A stretch of 64,000 bases of DNA from an uncultured bacterium (GTDB lineage: Bacteria > Omnitrophota > Gorgyraeia > Duberdicusellales > CBEUCJ01): positions 259,754 through 323,753 of the forward strand of contig CBEUCJ010000001.1 in NCBI GenBank assembly GCA_965541615.1, given 5' to 3'. The stretch's first letter is position 1. Each line of letters begins with the position of its first letter. Shown here in pieces: positions 19,705 through 30,370 of this stretch. The notes below the pieces were generated by a model. The model had not been told where the DNA came from, searched no databases, and saw only the letters and a program-made list of their open reading frames with translations. Made by a program: the position numbers and the translations under genes.

Positions 19705-21967
19705 AAGATATTTGCTTTTAATTTTTTTTTGGTTAAAAGTTTTATCTTCTTTCTGTGAAGAAAAAATAACTTCCATAGAGATAAGAGGTAATAAAAATAT
19801 AAGTACTCAAAGGATACTTTCTGAGATAAAGACCAGGAAAAATCAAAATTACAATCCTCAACTGATAAATGAAGATATTAAAAGGTTAGCTAATACAGGT
19901 TTATTTGAAGATATTAAAGTAAATGTAGAAGATACCCCCAAAGGAAAAAAAGTAATATTTATAGTTAAAGAAAAACCCCTTATAGAAAAAGTTGAGTTTA
20001 AAGGTTTAAGACATATCTCTCTTAGGACGATTAAGGATAAAATCCAGACTAAAAAAGGAAAACTTTTAGAATACCAAGATTTATATGAAGATACACAGAC
20101 TATAAAAAAAATGTTAGAAAAAAGAGGTTTTTCTCAAGCTCAAGTAGAATATGAAATAGAAAAAAATGAAAAAAAGAATACAGTAAAAGTAATTTTTTTA
20201 GTAAAGGAAAAAAGAAAATTGAGAATAAAAAAAATAGAGATAAAAGGTAATAAACATTTTTCTAAAAAAAAGATACTAAGCTTAATGAAGACAAAGCCTG
20301 CTTCTTTTTTTAGACCAGGATTTTTTAGAGAAGATGTATTAAAGGAAGATTTAGAAAGAATAAAGAGTTTTTATAAATCTCAAGGATTCAATCAAGTAAA
20401 AGTAGATTATTCTTTTAAAATTCAAAAAGACAGAGTCTTTATAACGATAAACTTAGATGAGGGGAAAAGATATAAGATTGGAGAGATAAAAATAGAGGGT
20501 AACAAAAATATCTCCACACAAGAGATATTAAAAGTCATAAAAATAAAACCTGGAGATATTTATGTAGAATCTAAAGTCAATGATGAAATAGCTAACATCC
20601 AAAGACTGTACAGTGATAAAGGGTTTATATTTGCTCAAGTAAAAGATTTAAGTGTTTTAAACCCAGAGACTCAAAAAATAGATATATGCTTTAAAATTGT
20701 AGAAAATCAAATTTGTTATGTGAATAGAATTTTAATAAAAGGTAATGTAAAAACTAAAGACAGAGTAATTAGAAGAAATCTAAAGATAAAACCAGGTGAA
20801 AAGGTAGAAGGAGAAAAACTAAGAAAATCTCTTCAAAGACTTAAAAATTTAGGAATATTTGAAGAAGTGAGTTTCAGTCATATACCTACACAAGAACCAA
20901 ATAAGATAGATTTAGTAGTCAATGTTAAAGAAGCAAAGACAGGGTATTTTAGTTTTGGTGGAGGTTATAGTTCTGTAGAAGAGTTTGTAGGTTTTATAGA
21001 ACTATCTCAATCAAATTTTGATTGGAAGAATCCTCCTACTTTTTTAGGAGGCGGTCAAAAGTTTTCTTTAAAAGGAGAATTTGGTACTTCTAAAGAGTTT
21101 ATAGATGTGAGTTTTACAAATCCTCAGATATTCGATAAGCCTATTTTGTTTGGATTCGATGGCTATAAAAGAAGATACTTAAGAGAAGCAGATATTGGTT
21201 ATGGATACGATGAAGATAGAAGAGGAGGTGATATTAGATTTGGATATGAATTTACAGATTTTTTTAGAGCAAAGTTGGGATTGAGATATGAAAAAGTTAA
21301 AATTTCTAATATTCCAGAGACTGCTACTCAAGAATTAAAAAAAGAAGAAGGTAGAAAAACTTCTGCGAAATTAGAATACGCTCTTATTTATGATACACGT
21401 GATAACATATTTTCTCCTTCTAAAGGGTTTTATTCTAAGTTAGATTTAGACCATTCTGCTAAATTCTTAGGTTCTGATGAAGAGTTTGTTAAAATATTTT
21501 CTGATAATGCTTTTTATTTAAGCTTAATAAAAAGATCAGTATTAGAGTTAAGAATGAGAATGGGGATAGCAGTTCCTTATGGAGATTCAGATAGAATCCC
21601 TATTTTTGACAGATTTTTTGCAGGAGGAGCTTACACTATAAGAGGTTATGATGAGAGAAAGGTAGGTCCTATAGATCCTATAACCAAAGACCCTATTGGA
21701 GGAGAGGCTCTTTTAATTTTTAATGTAGAGTATACTTACCCTTTAACAGATTTTTTAAAGTTAGCGGTATTTTTTGATACTGGAAATGTCTGGTCTGAAT
21801 ATGAAGACTTTAAAGTTAAAGACCTTAAATCTGGAGTAGGGATAGGTATTAGAGTTAAGACTCCTTTAGGACCGATAAGGTTAGATTATGGGTATCCTTT
21901 AGATTTAGGACCTGGAGAGGAAAAGAAAAAGGGTAAGTTCCATTTTAGTATTAGTAGAGGTTTTTAA
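19697..21967 (+). CDS. bamA: Outer membrane protein assembly factor BamA (five POTRA domains plus beta-barrel)
   Basis: Repeated IEIRGNK/IEIKGNKH POTRA starts; C-terminal beta-barrel ending ...FSISRGF; followed by skp-lpxD. Confidence 0.85.
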   Translation: MSKRYLLLIFFWLKVLSSFCEEKITSIEIRGNKNISTQRILSEIKTRKNQNYNPQLINEDIKRLANTGLFEDIKVNVEDTPKGKKVIFIVKEKPLIEKVEFKGLRHISLRTIKDKIQTKKGKLLEYQDLYEDTQTIKKMLEKRGFSQAQVEYEIEKNEKKNTVKVIFLVKEKRKLRIKKIEIKGNKHFSKKKILSLMKTKPASFFRPGFFREDVLKEDLERIKSFYKSQGFNQVKVDYSFKIQKDRVFITINLDEGKRYKIGEIKIEGNKNISTQEILKVIKIKPGDIYVESKVNDEIANIQRLYSDKGFIFAQVKDLSVLNPETQKIDICFKIVENQICYVNRILIKGNVKTKDRVIRRNLKIKPGEKVEGEKLRKSLQRLKNLGIFEEVSFSHIPTQEPNKIDLVVNVKEAKTGYFSFGGGYSSVEEFVGFIELSQSNFDWKNPPTFLGGGQKFSLKGEFGTSKEFIDVSFTNPQIFDKPILFGFDGYKRRYLREADIGYGYDEDRRGGDIRFGYEFTDFFRAKLGLRYEKVKISNIPETATQELKKEEGRKTSAKLEYALIYDTRDNIFSPSKGFYSKLDLDHSAKFLGSDEEFVKIFSDNAFYLSLIKRSVLELRMRMGIAVPYGDSDRIPIFDRFFAGGAYTIRGYDERKVGPIDPITKDPIGGEALLIFNVEYTYPLTDFLKLAVFFDTGNVWSEYEDFKVKDLKSGVGIGIRVKTPLGPIRLDYGYPLDLGPGEEKKKGKFHFSISRGF

Positions 21968-21988
21968 ACCTAAAATTAGAAAGGAGGT

Positions 21989-22486
21989 TTGGAGATGAGG
22001 AAATTTTCTATAATTGTGATATCTTTTTTTATGGTTCAAGTTTTAGGTTTTTCTCAAAAGATAGCAGTAGTAGATTTTAGAAAGATTTTTGAATCTTATA
22101 AGAAGACTTCTGATTATGATAAAATATTGCAAGAAGAGCAGAGAAAAATAAAACAAGAGTATAAAAAAAGATTAGAAGAAATAAGAAAGATGAGAGATAG
22201 CTTAGAGGTTTTAAAGAAAGAAGAAAAAGAAAAAAAAGAAAAGGAACTTCAAGAAAAAATAAAATCTTTGAGAAAATTTGAAAGAGATAAAACTTTAAGT
22301 CTCAAAAAAGAGTTTTCTGATAAGATGAAGGAAATAAGAGGAGATATACTGAAAGCTATTTCAAAGTATGCAGAAAAGAAAAATATAGATTTTGTTTTAG
22401 ATAAAATAGCTGTTTTGTATCAAAATTCAGATGCAGATATTACTCAAGATATAATTGAAGAATTAAACAGGAGTTATAAAAAATGA
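21989..22486 (+). CDS. skp: OmpH/Skp periplasmic chaperone
   Basis: Signal peptide; coiled-coil K/E-rich 165 aa; position between bamA and lpxD. Confidence 0.7.
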   Translation: MEMRKFSIIVISFFMVQVLGFSQKIAVVDFRKIFESYKKTSDYDKILQEEQRKIKQEYKKRLEEIRKMRDSLEVLKKEEKEKKEKELQEKIKSLRKFERDKTLSLKKEFSDKMKEIRGDILKAISKYAEKKNIDFVLDKIAVLYQNSDADITQDIIEELNRSYKK

Positions 22487-23556
22487 AAGAGTTAAATTTA
22501 ACTTTAAAAGAGATAGCAAATATAGTCAAAGGAGAGGTAGTAGGTAACCCTAATATCAAAATAAAAGGAATCTCTGGTATAAAAGAAGCTAAAGAAGGTG
22601 ATATTACTTTTGTAGCTAATCCCAAGTATTTACCATTAATTTATCAAACTAAAGCTTCAGCTATAATAGTTTCAAAAGATATTAAAGAAGCTCCAAAACC
22701 CCTTATAAGATGCGATAATCCATCTTTAGCTTTTGCAAAAGTAGTTAATTTAATAGCACCTCCTATCAAAAGACCAAAAGGGATTTCTGAACTTAGCTTT
22801 ATAGATAAAAGTGCTCAGATTGCAGAAAACGTAAGTATAGGTCCTTTTACTATAATCGAAGCTGGAGTTAAGATCGGTAAAGGCACTATTATTTATGGTA
22901 ACTGTTACATAGGTCATGATACTGAAATCGGTCAAGATTGCTTAATTTATTCTAATGTTTCTATAAGGGAGAGGATAAAAATAGGAAATAGAGTAATAAT
23001 CCATTCTGGAGCTGTGATTGGTTCAGATGGATTTGGATTTGCTACTGTGAGAGGTGTGCAACACAAAATCCCTCAAATTGGGACAGTCGTAATAGAAGAC
23101 GATGTAGAGATTGGAGCGAATGTTACCATAGACAGAGCAAGATTCGATAAGACAGTTATCGGTAAAGGTACAAAGATAGATAACTTGGTTCAGATAGCTC
23201 ATAATGTGATTATTGGAGAAAATTGCATAATTGTAGCTCAATCAGGGATTTCAGGAAGTACTATCTTAGAAGATAATGTGATAGTTGCAGGTCAAGCAGG
23301 TATCGTCGGTCACATAAAGATAGGTAAAAATTCAATAATTATGGCAAAGTCAGGGGTTTCAAAGAGTGTACCACCAGATACCAAAGTATTTGGTTATCCT
23401 GCCAAAGAAGCAAACCACGCTAAACGTGTAAATGCATGTGTGCAAAAACTTCCAGAATTATTTAAAGAGATGAGAGATTTAAAGGCAAAGATTAAAAATC
23501 TGGAGGAAAAAATAAAGGAGTTTGAAAATGCCCAAGCAGAGAACATTAAAAGATAA
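22483..23556 (+). CDS. lpxD: UDP-3-O-(3-hydroxyacyl)glucosamine N-acyltransferase
   Basis: Hexapeptide-repeat LbH with LpxD N-terminal domain; C-terminal coiled coil; synteny. Confidence 0.85.
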   Translation: MKELNLTLKEIANIVKGEVVGNPNIKIKGISGIKEAKEGDITFVANPKYLPLIYQTKASAIIVSKDIKEAPKPLIRCDNPSLAFAKVVNLIAPPIKRPKGISELSFIDKSAQIAENVSIGPFTIIEAGVKIGKGTIIYGNCYIGHDTEIGQDCLIYSNVSIRERIKIGNRVIIHSGAVIGSDGFGFATVRGVQHKIPQIGTVVIEDDVEIGANVTIDRARFDKTVIGKGTKIDNLVQIAHNVIIGENCIIVAQSGISGSTILEDNVIVAGQAGIVGHIKIGKNSIIMAKSGVSKSVPPDTKVFGYPAKEANHAKRVNACVQKLPELFKEMRDLKAKIKNLEEKIKEFENAQAENIKR

Positions 23557-24838
23557 AGTAAAAATAGAAGGTGTAGGTCTTCACACAGGAGAGAAAGTTA
23601 AAATAGAGTTATTACCTGCCTCTCCTAATACAGGGATTATTTTTTTAAGAGAAGATTTAGAAAATGCTCCTTTAATAAAAGCTTCACCTTACACAATTTT
23701 AGATCCAAAAGAATTTCCTAGAAGGACTTCTTTAGGTTTAGATGGTGTTTATATTCATACTGTAGAACATTTAATGGCAGCTTTTTGTGGTTTAGAGATA
23801 GATAATGTATTAGTAAAAGTATGGGGAAGTGAGATCCCAGGTTTAGATGGTTCTGCTAAAAATTTTGTTGAGGCTATTAAAAAAGTAGGCATCATAGAGC
23901 AATCTGAAGAAAGAGAGTATTATGTTTTAAAAGAACCTGTATATTATTCTGAAGGAGGAGTCAGTTTAATAGCTTTACCTTACAATGGATTTAAAGTTAG
24001 GTATCTTTTAAGTTATAACCATCCATTTTTAAAAGATCAATTTATAGAGTTTAATATAGAATCTAAAAATTTTGAAGAAGAGATTTGTTTAGCTAGAACT
24101 TTCTGTCTAGAAGAGGAAGTAGAGCCTTTAAAGAAGATGGGATTAGGAAAAGGAGCAGATTTTTCTAATACTCTTGTTGTTTCTCAAAAAGGAATAATAA
24201 ATAATTCACAGATTACTGAAAAAGAATTTGCTAAACACAAACTTTTAGATTTATTAGGTGATATTTATCTTTTAGGTCCTATAAAATGTGAGATTATAGC
24301 TATAAAAAGTGGACACACTTCTAATATTGAATTTGTAAAAAGAATAAATAGACAAAAAGAAAAAGATAGAAGAGGAGGAGTTTTAGCCAAAATTTCTATT
24401 GAAAAGCAGACTTCTTTAAATATAGATGAGATTATGCAGATCCTTCCACATAGATATCCTTTCTTATTTGTAGATAGAATTTTAGAATTAATCCCAGGCA
24501 AAAAAGCAGTAGGTGTAAAAAATGTTACTCTTAATGATTATTTCTTTGAAGGTCATTTTCCAAATAAACCTGTGATGCCAGGAGTTTTAATCGTAGAAGC
24601 TATGGCTCAAGTAGGAGGAGTTTTGATGCTTTCTTTGAAAGAGAATAGAGGTAAGTTAGCTTATTTTATGGCTGCCAATGATGTAAAATTTAGAAGAACA
24701 GTCGAACCAGGTGATACTCTGATATTAGAAGCTGAAGCTAAGAAAATAAAATCTCGCACAGGTATAGTAAGTTGCAGAGCTTGGGTTGATAAAAATCTTG
24801 TTGCAGAAGCAGAGTTAATGTTCGCGTTAGGTTCTTAA
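23522..24838 (+). CDS. lpxC-fabZ: Bifunctional LpxC deacetylase / FabZ 3-hydroxyacyl-ACP dehydratase fusion
   Basis: N-terminal half [21 protein letters not shown]...HTVEHL is LpxC; C-terminal half [13 protein letters not shown]...GHFP is the FabZ hot-dog. Confidence 0.85.
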   Translation: MKMPKQRTLKDKVKIEGVGLHTGEKVKIELLPASPNTGIIFLREDLENAPLIKASPYTILDPKEFPRRTSLGLDGVYIHTVEHLMAAFCGLEIDNVLVKVWGSEIPGLDGSAKNFVEAIKKVGIIEQSEEREYYVLKEPVYYSEGGVSLIALPYNGFKVRYLLSYNHPFLKDQFIEFNIESKNFEEEICLARTFCLEEEVEPLKKMGLGKGADFSNTLVVSQKGIINNSQITEKEFAKHKLLDLLGDIYLLGPIKCEIIAIKSGHTSNIEFVKRINRQKEKDRRGGVLAKISIEKQTSLNIDEIMQILPHRYPFLFVDRILELIPGKKAVGVKNVTLNDYFFEGHFPNKPVMPGVLIVEAMAQVGGVLMLSLKENRGKLAYFMAANDVKFRRTVEPGDTLILEAEAKKIKSRTGIVSCRAWVDKNLVAEAELMFALGS

Positions 24839-24849
24839 AAAAAATAACA

Positions 24850-25632
24850 ATGTCTTATTCTTTCCATCCAACTAGTTTAATAGAAGAAGGAGCCCAAATA
24901 GAAGAAGGAGTAAAAATTGGTCCTTACACTATAATCGGTAAGAATGTAAAGATAGGCAAAAATACTGAAATAGGTGCATTTTGTGTTATAGAAGGATTTA
25001 CTCAAATAGGAGCTAATAATAAGATCTTTAGTCATGCTGTAATAGGTTCAGATCCTCAAGATTTAAAATATAAAGGAGAAAGGTCTTTTGTTAAAATTGG
25101 AGATGGAAATTTGATAAGAGAATTCGTAACCATAAATCCAGGAACAGAAAAAGATTCTGTTACTCTTATAGGAGATAGAAACTTAATAATGGCTTATTCT
25201 CACATAGCTCACAATTGTAAAATAGGAAATAATTGTATTTTAGCTAATTGTGCTACTTTAGCAGGTTTCGTTGAGATTGAAGACTTTGCAGTAATAGGAG
25301 GAATGGTAGCTATTCATCAATTTTGTAGAGTGGGTAAATATTCTATAATAGGCGGGTGTTCTAAAGTCGTTCAAGATATTCCTCCATATTCTTTATGTGA
25401 TGGACATCCAGCTGAAGTTAAAGGTTTAAACCTTGTAGGTTTAAAAAGAAGAGGTTTTTCAAAAGAAACGATAAATATTTTAAATAAAGCTTTTAAAATT
25501 CTTTTCTTTTCAAACCTTCCCTTTTCTTCAGGATTTGAAAAGATAAAACAGGAAAAATTATTAATACCAGAAGTAGAAGTTCTTTTAGAATTTATAAAGA
25601 GTTCCAAAAGAGGTGTATGCAGACCAAAATAG
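24850..25632 (+). CDS. lpxA: Acyl-ACP-UDP-GlcNAc O-acyltransferase
   Basis: IHPTSLIEEGAQIEEGVKIGPYTIIG hexapeptide repeats; C-terminal helical domain; 260 aa. Confidence 0.85.
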   Translation: MSYSFHPTSLIEEGAQIEEGVKIGPYTIIGKNVKIGKNTEIGAFCVIEGFTQIGANNKIFSHAVIGSDPQDLKYKGERSFVKIGDGNLIREFVTINPGTEKDSVTLIGDRNLIMAYSHIAHNCKIGNNCILANCATLAGFVEIEDFAVIGGMVAIHQFCRVGKYSIIGGCSKVVQDIPPYSLCDGHPAEVKGLNLVGLKRRGFSKETINILNKAFKILFFSNLPFSSGFEKIKQEKLLIPEVEVLLEFIKSSKRGVCRPK

Positions 25633-26438
25633 GATTAGTCGCTGGAAACAAACGCCTTCCTTTAGAGTTTTGTAGAATTTATAAAAAAAAATTTCCTGAA
25701 AATAAAATCTATGCAGTCTGTATAAAAAAAGATACCTCTAAAAAAATTGAAGAGTTGGTCGACAGTTACATCTGGATAGAATCTAAAGATTTTGAAAAGG
25801 GCATAGAATTTTTTAAAAAGAATGCTATAAGAGAGGTAATTTTCTTAGGTCAAATAACCCCTTTAAGATTATTTAAAGAACAAAAAAAATTTTCACCTTT
25901 TTTAAAAGAACTTTTAAATAAATTAAATGACTGGAGGCCAGATTCTATATTGGGAGCATTAGCCAGAACTTTAGAATCTGAAGGCATGAGAGTTTTGGAT
26001 TCCAGAAGTTATTTGGAAGAAATCCTTGCTCCTTCTGGAGTGTTTTCTAAAAGACCCCCTGATTTTAGAGAAAAAGCAGATATTGAATTTGGTAAAGACA
26101 TAGCAAAAATTTTAACTAAGTTAGATATTGGTCAGACTATAGTAGTAAAGAATAAAGTGGTCTTGAGTATAGAAGGATTTGAAGGTACAGATTCTACGAT
26201 TTTAAGAGCAAAGAAATTTACTAGATTCTCTAAAGGAGGAGTAGTAATTAAAGTAGCTGGTTCTCAAGATTTAAGATTCGATGTTCCTGTTGTGGGTCCA
26301 AGGACACTTAAAGTGATGAAAAAGGCAAATTTAAGTTGTTTGGCTTTAGAAAAGGCTAAATGTTTTATCTTAGAGAAAGAAAGATTTATAAAATTAGCTG
26401 ATAGATTTGGAATTTGTTTGGTAGGATTAGAATTATAA
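25617..26438 (+). CDS. lpxI: UDP-2,3-diacylglucosamine hydrolase LpxI (DUF1009)
   Basis: IGLVAGNKRLPLEF start; LDIGQTIVV; EGTDSTILR; DVPVVGPRT; these parallel Caulobacter LpxI; sits after lpxA. Confidence 0.7.
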   Translation: MQTKIGLVAGNKRLPLEFCRIYKKKFPENKIYAVCIKKDTSKKIEELVDSYIWIESKDFEKGIEFFKKNAIREVIFLGQITPLRLFKEQKKFSPFLKELLNKLNDWRPDSILGALARTLESEGMRVLDSRSYLEEILAPSGVFSKRPPDFREKADIEFGKDIAKILTKLDIGQTIVVKNKVVLSIEGFEGTDSTILRAKKFTRFSKGGVVIKVAGSQDLRFDVPVVGPRTLKVMKKANLSCLALEKAKCFILEKERFIKLADRFGICLVGLEL

Positions 26439-27097
26439 AAATGAGTAAAATCTTGTTAGGTATAGATGAAGCAGGAAGAGGCAGTTTAATAGGCCCCTTA
26501 GTAATTGCAGGTGTAATCTTAAAGAAAGAGAGTTTAGATGTTTTAAAAGAAATAGGTGTTAGAGATTCAAAAAAATTGAGCAGAAAAAAGAGAGAAGAAT
26601 TGTACAAAGAATTAATAAAAGTGTGTGATGGTATAAAAATAAAATGCATTCCTCCTCAAATTATAGACAAGCAAAGTTTAAATGAATTAGAGATAAAATG
26701 TTTTTCTGAGATGATAAACTATTTTAGACCTGAAAAAGTATATATAGATGCTCCTGTTAACAAAAATGGGATAGATAAATTCACTGATTCTTTAAGAAAG
26801 TTTTTGATAGATAAAGACACAGAATTAATAATAAAGAATAAAGCAGATTCATTTTATAGTATAGTCTCTGCAGCTTCTATAATAGCTAAGGTAAAAAGAG
26901 ATTTGGTAATCAAAAGGTTAAGAGAAAGGTATGGAGATTTTGGATGGGGATATCCAGGAGAAAAGAAAGTTAAAGAATTTTTATATAGAGCAATTAAAGA
27001 AAAGAAATCACTTACTATAATAAGAAAAAAGTGGAGTACATTTAAAAAATCTCTTTTCTTTCAGGGTCTGATTAAATATAATAAATCAGAGTTATAA
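26414..27097 (+). CDS. rnhB: Ribonuclease HII
   Basis: LLGIDEAGRGSLIGPLVIAGV. Confidence 0.85.
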   Translation: MFGRIRIIKMSKILLGIDEAGRGSLIGPLVIAGVILKKESLDVLKEIGVRDSKKLSRKKREELYKELIKVCDGIKIKCIPPQIIDKQSLNELEIKCFSEMINYFRPEKVYIDAPVNKNGIDKFTDSLRKFLIDKDTELIIKNKADSFYSIVSAASIIAKVKRDLVIKRLRERYGDFGWGYPGEKKVKEFLYRAIKEKKSLTIIRKKWSTFKKSLFFQGLIKYNKSEL

Positions 27098-27100
27098 AAA

Positions 27101-27173
27101 GGGCCGTTAGCTCAACTGGCAGAGCACCGGCCTCTTAAGCCGGGGGTTGCAGGTTCGATTCCTGCACGGCCCA
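27101..27173 (+). tRNA. tRNA-Lys (anticodon CUU)
   Basis: GGGCCGTTAGCTCAACTGGCAGAGC...anticodon loop CTCTTAA...TTCGATT T-loop; acceptor GGGCCGT/ACGGCCC. Confidence 0.85.
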
Positions 27174-27186
27174 TTAATCTCTTTTT

Positions 27187-27606
27187 ATGAATTTAAAATA
27201 CAGATTAATAGATCATACTGCAGATTTAGGGATTGAGGCTGAATTTCATTCTTTAAAAGAAGTATTTGAAAAGTGCGGTTTAATATTATTTGATTTAATT
27301 ACAGATTTAGAAAAAATAGAAGCTAAAAAAGAAATTAATTTTGAAATAGAAGAAGAGAATATAGAAGATCTCTTGATTAGATTTTTAAATGAACTTATCT
27401 ATTTATATGAGACTAAACATTTTCTAGCTTCGCAAATAAATGTAGATTTAAAAAAAGAAAATAAACTGAAAGCTACTTTGAAAGGTGAGAATATAAATTT
27501 AAAAAAGCATCGGATAAAAACAGAGATTAAAGCAGCTACTTATCATGATTTTGAATTTAAAAAAGAGGATTCTAAATTTAAAGTAAGAGTAATCTTTGAT
27601 ATATAA
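27187..27606 (+). CDS. Archease (RtcB activator)
   Basis: RLIDHTADLGIEAEF N-terminal signature; 139 aa; immediately upstream of rtcB. Confidence 0.8.
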   Translation: MNLKYRLIDHTADLGIEAEFHSLKEVFEKCGLILFDLITDLEKIEAKKEINFEIEEENIEDLLIRFLNELIYLYETKHFLASQINVDLKKENKLKATLKGENINLKKHRIKTEIKAATYHDFEFKKEDSKFKVRVIFDI

Positions 27607-27622
27607 AAAGGAGGTGATATAA

Positions 27623-29083
27623 ATGAATCAAATTTGGCAAGGTCCTTTAGAAAAAATAGATGATTGGAGATGGCAAATTCCAAAAACCTATAAACCTGGA
27701 ATGAGAGTTCCAGGTTTAATCTATGCAGATGAAAAGATGTTAAAACAAATTATAAAAGACAAAGCTCCAGAGCAAGTAGCAAATGTAGCTTTCTTGCCAG
27801 GAATAGTAAAGTATTCTTTGGCTATGCCTGATATCCATTGGGGTTATGGTTTTTCTATAGGAGGAGTGGCAGCTACCAACATAAAAGAGGGAGGAGTAAT
27901 ATCTCCTGCAGGAGTTGGGTATGATATTAACTGTGGTGTGAGACTGATAAGAACAAATTTAGCTTTAGAAGATGTTGAGGATAAAATTGAGAAGTTAATG
28001 GATTTATTATACAGAAATGTTCCTTCAGGGGTGGGTTCAGCAGGAAATATAAGACTATCCAGAACAGAAGAGAGAGAGATGCTGAAAAAAGGTGCTGAAT
28101 GGGCAGTAAAGAAAGGTTTTGGGGTACCTCAAGATTTAGAAGCTACAGAAGAATACGGTGCAATTGAAGGAGCAGATCCTGATGCAGTTTCAAACAGGGC
28201 TTACGAGAGAGGAGCTCCTCAATTGGGGACTCTGGGTTCTGGAAATCATTTTTTAGAAGTTCAGGTTGTAGATCAAATTTATGATCAAGTTTTGGCAGAA
28301 AAATTCGGAATATTTTTGGGTCAGATAACAGTCATGATTCATACAGGTTCGAGAGGTTTTGGTTATCAGGTATGTGATGATTATGTAAGACAGATGGTAA
28401 AGTGCTTGGTTAAATACAATATAAGAGTTCCAGACAGGCAATTGGCCTGTGCTCCTGTAGAGTCTCCTGAAGGAGCAAGATACTTGGGAGCTATGAGGTG
28501 TGCAGCCAATTACGCTTGGGCTAACAGACAGTGTATCATGCATTTGGTGAGAGAAACCTTTGAAGATTTCTTTGGTGAGAGCTGGCAGTCTCTGGGTATG
28601 TATTTGGTATATGACGTAGCTCACAATATAGCCAAAATTGAAAAGCATATAGTTGATGGTAAAGAATTGACTTTGTGTGTTCACAGGAAAGGTGCCACCC
28701 GCGCCTTTGGGCCAGGACACCCAGATTTACCTGCAAAGTATAAAGAAACTGGTCAACCTGTAATTATTCCAGGTGATATGGGAACCTGTTCTTTTTTATT
28801 GGTAGGAACAGATTTAGCTATGAAAGAAACTTTTGGAACCACTTGTCATGGTGCAGGCCGTGTTAAATCTAGGTCTGAAGCTATAAGGACAGTAAATTTT
28901 ACAGATTTAATGAATTCTTTAGAAAAAAAGGGAATAGTAGTGAGAGCTACAGAGAAAAAGACTATAGTAGAAGAAGCTCCTTCTGCTTATAAGGATGTTG
29001 AAGAGGTAGTTAGAGTTGTAGATTCAGCTGGTATTTCTAAGAAAGTAGCTCGTATGAGACCTTTGGGTGTGGTGAAAGGATAA
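27623..29083 (+). CDS. rtcB: RNA-splicing ligase RtcB
   Basis: GYDINCG; GSGNHF; HTGSRGFG; CHGAGR motifs. Confidence 0.9.
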   Translation: MNQIWQGPLEKIDDWRWQIPKTYKPGMRVPGLIYADEKMLKQIIKDKAPEQVANVAFLPGIVKYSLAMPDIHWGYGFSIGGVAATNIKEGGVISPAGVGYDINCGVRLIRTNLALEDVEDKIEKLMDLLYRNVPSGVGSAGNIRLSRTEEREMLKKGAEWAVKKGFGVPQDLEATEEYGAIEGADPDAVSNRAYERGAPQLGTLGSGNHFLEVQVVDQIYDQVLAEKFGIFLGQITVMIHTGSRGFGYQVCDDYVRQMVKCLVKYNIRVPDRQLACAPVESPEGARYLGAMRCAANYAWANRQCIMHLVRETFEDFFGESWQSLGMYLVYDVAHNIAKIEKHIVDGKELTLCVHRKGATRAFGPGHPDLPAKYKETGQPVIIPGDMGTCSFLLVGTDLAMKETFGTTCHGAGRVKSRSEAIRTVNFTDLMNSLEKKGIVVRATEKKTIVEEAPSAYKDVEEVVRVVDSAGISKKVARMRPLGVVKG

Positions 29084-29092
29084 GTTTTTGAA

Positions 29093-30370
29093 ATGTTAGA
29101 CTTAAAATTCATTAGAAAAAATCCTGATTTAGTAAAAGAAGCTGTAAAGAATAAAGGTGAAGATGTAGATATCCATAAGATTTTAGAGTTAGATGAAAAA
29201 AGGAGGATTATTATAAAAGATTTAGATGAAGAAAGAAACAGATTGAATGTTATTTCAAAAGAAATCTCAAAATTAATAAAAGAAGGAAGAAAACCAGATA
29301 TTGAAAAAGAAAAGGCAAAAGAAATATCAGAGAAAGTAAAAGATTTAGAAAAAAAACTTAGAGAAATAGAAGAGGAACTAAAAAGCTTATTATTAAAAGT
29401 CCCAAACATTCCTCATTCTACAGTCCCAGTAGGAGATAGTTCAAAAAACAAGATAATAAGAACTTGGGGCAAAAAACCTGAATTTTCCTTTCAACCTTTA
29501 GACCATATAAAAATAGCTCAAAATTTAGATATTATAGACTTTGAAAGAGCAGCTAAAATCTGTGGTTCAAATTTTGTCTTATTTAAAGGTTGGGGAGCAA
29601 GATTAGAAAGAGCTCTTTATAACTTTATGTTAGATTTACATATCAGAAAACACAAATATACAGAAGTCTTTCCTCCATTTTTGGTAAACAGAAAATCTAT
29701 GATAGGTACAGGTCAACTCCCAAAATTAGAGGAAGATATGTACAGGTTAAAAGATGATGATTATTTCTTAATCCCAACAGCTGAAGTTCCAGTCACTAAC
29801 ATTCATAGAGAAGAGATTTTGGATGAATCTCAACTTCCAATTTACTATGTTTCTTATACAGCTTGTTTTAGACGGGAAGCTGGTTCTTATGGAAAAGAGA
29901 CAAAAGGTTTGGTAAGGGTCCATCAGTTTGATAAAGTTGAATTAGTAAAGATTGTAAAACCTCAAGATTCTTATGAAGAGTTAGAAAGATTAGTAAATGA
30001 TGCAGAAGAAGTTTTAAAATTGTTAGGCTTACATTACAGAGTAGTTTTGTTAGCTTCGCAAGAGCTAAGTTTTGCAGCTTCAAAGTGTTATGATTTGGAA
30101 TGTTGGGCTCCAGGTTTACAGAGGTGGTTAGAAGTTTCAAGTTGTTCAAATTTTGAAGATTTTCAAGCCAGAAGAATGGGTATGAGATTGAGAACAAAAG
30201 ATAAAAAATTAACTTATCCACATACATTGAATGGATCAGGTTTAGCTTTAGCAAGGTTAGTGATTTGCATTTTAGAGACTTATCAAAATAAGGATGGTTC
30301 AGTTACTGTTCCTCAAGTCTTAAGACCTTATTTAGACAACATAGAAAGAATTGAACCTAGTAAGTTTTAA
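29093..30370 (+). CDS. serS: Seryl-tRNA synthetase
   Basis: MLDLKFIRKNPDLVKEAVKNKG; coiled-coil arm; class II motifs ...FRRE... Confidence 0.9.
   Translation: MLDLKFIRKNPDLVKEAVKNKGEDVDIHKILELDEKRRIIIKDLDEERNRLNVISKEISKLIKEGRKPDIEKEKAKEISEKVKDLEKKLREIEEELKSLLLKVPNIPHSTVPVGDSSKNKIIRTWGKKPEFSFQPLDHIKIAQNLDIIDFERAAKICGSNFVLFKGWGARLERALYNFMLDLHIRKHKYTEVFPPFLVNRKSMIGTGQLPKLEEDMYRLKDDDYFLIPTAEVPVTNIHREEILDESQLPIYYVSYTACFRREAGSYGKETKGLVRVHQFDKVELVKIVKPQDSYEELERLVNDAEEVLKLLGLHYRVVLLASQELSFAASKCYDLECWAPGLQRWLEVSSCSNFEDFQARRMGMRLRTKDKKLTYPHTLNGSGLALARLVICILETYQNKDGSVTVPQVLRPYLDNIERIEPSKF

Noticed and set aside
28253-29409. Minus-strand ORFs of 155, 66 and 140 aa
   Set aside because: They are antisense to rtcB and serS. 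Their S/F/L-rich composition is a typical reverse-complement product of K/E-rich genes.
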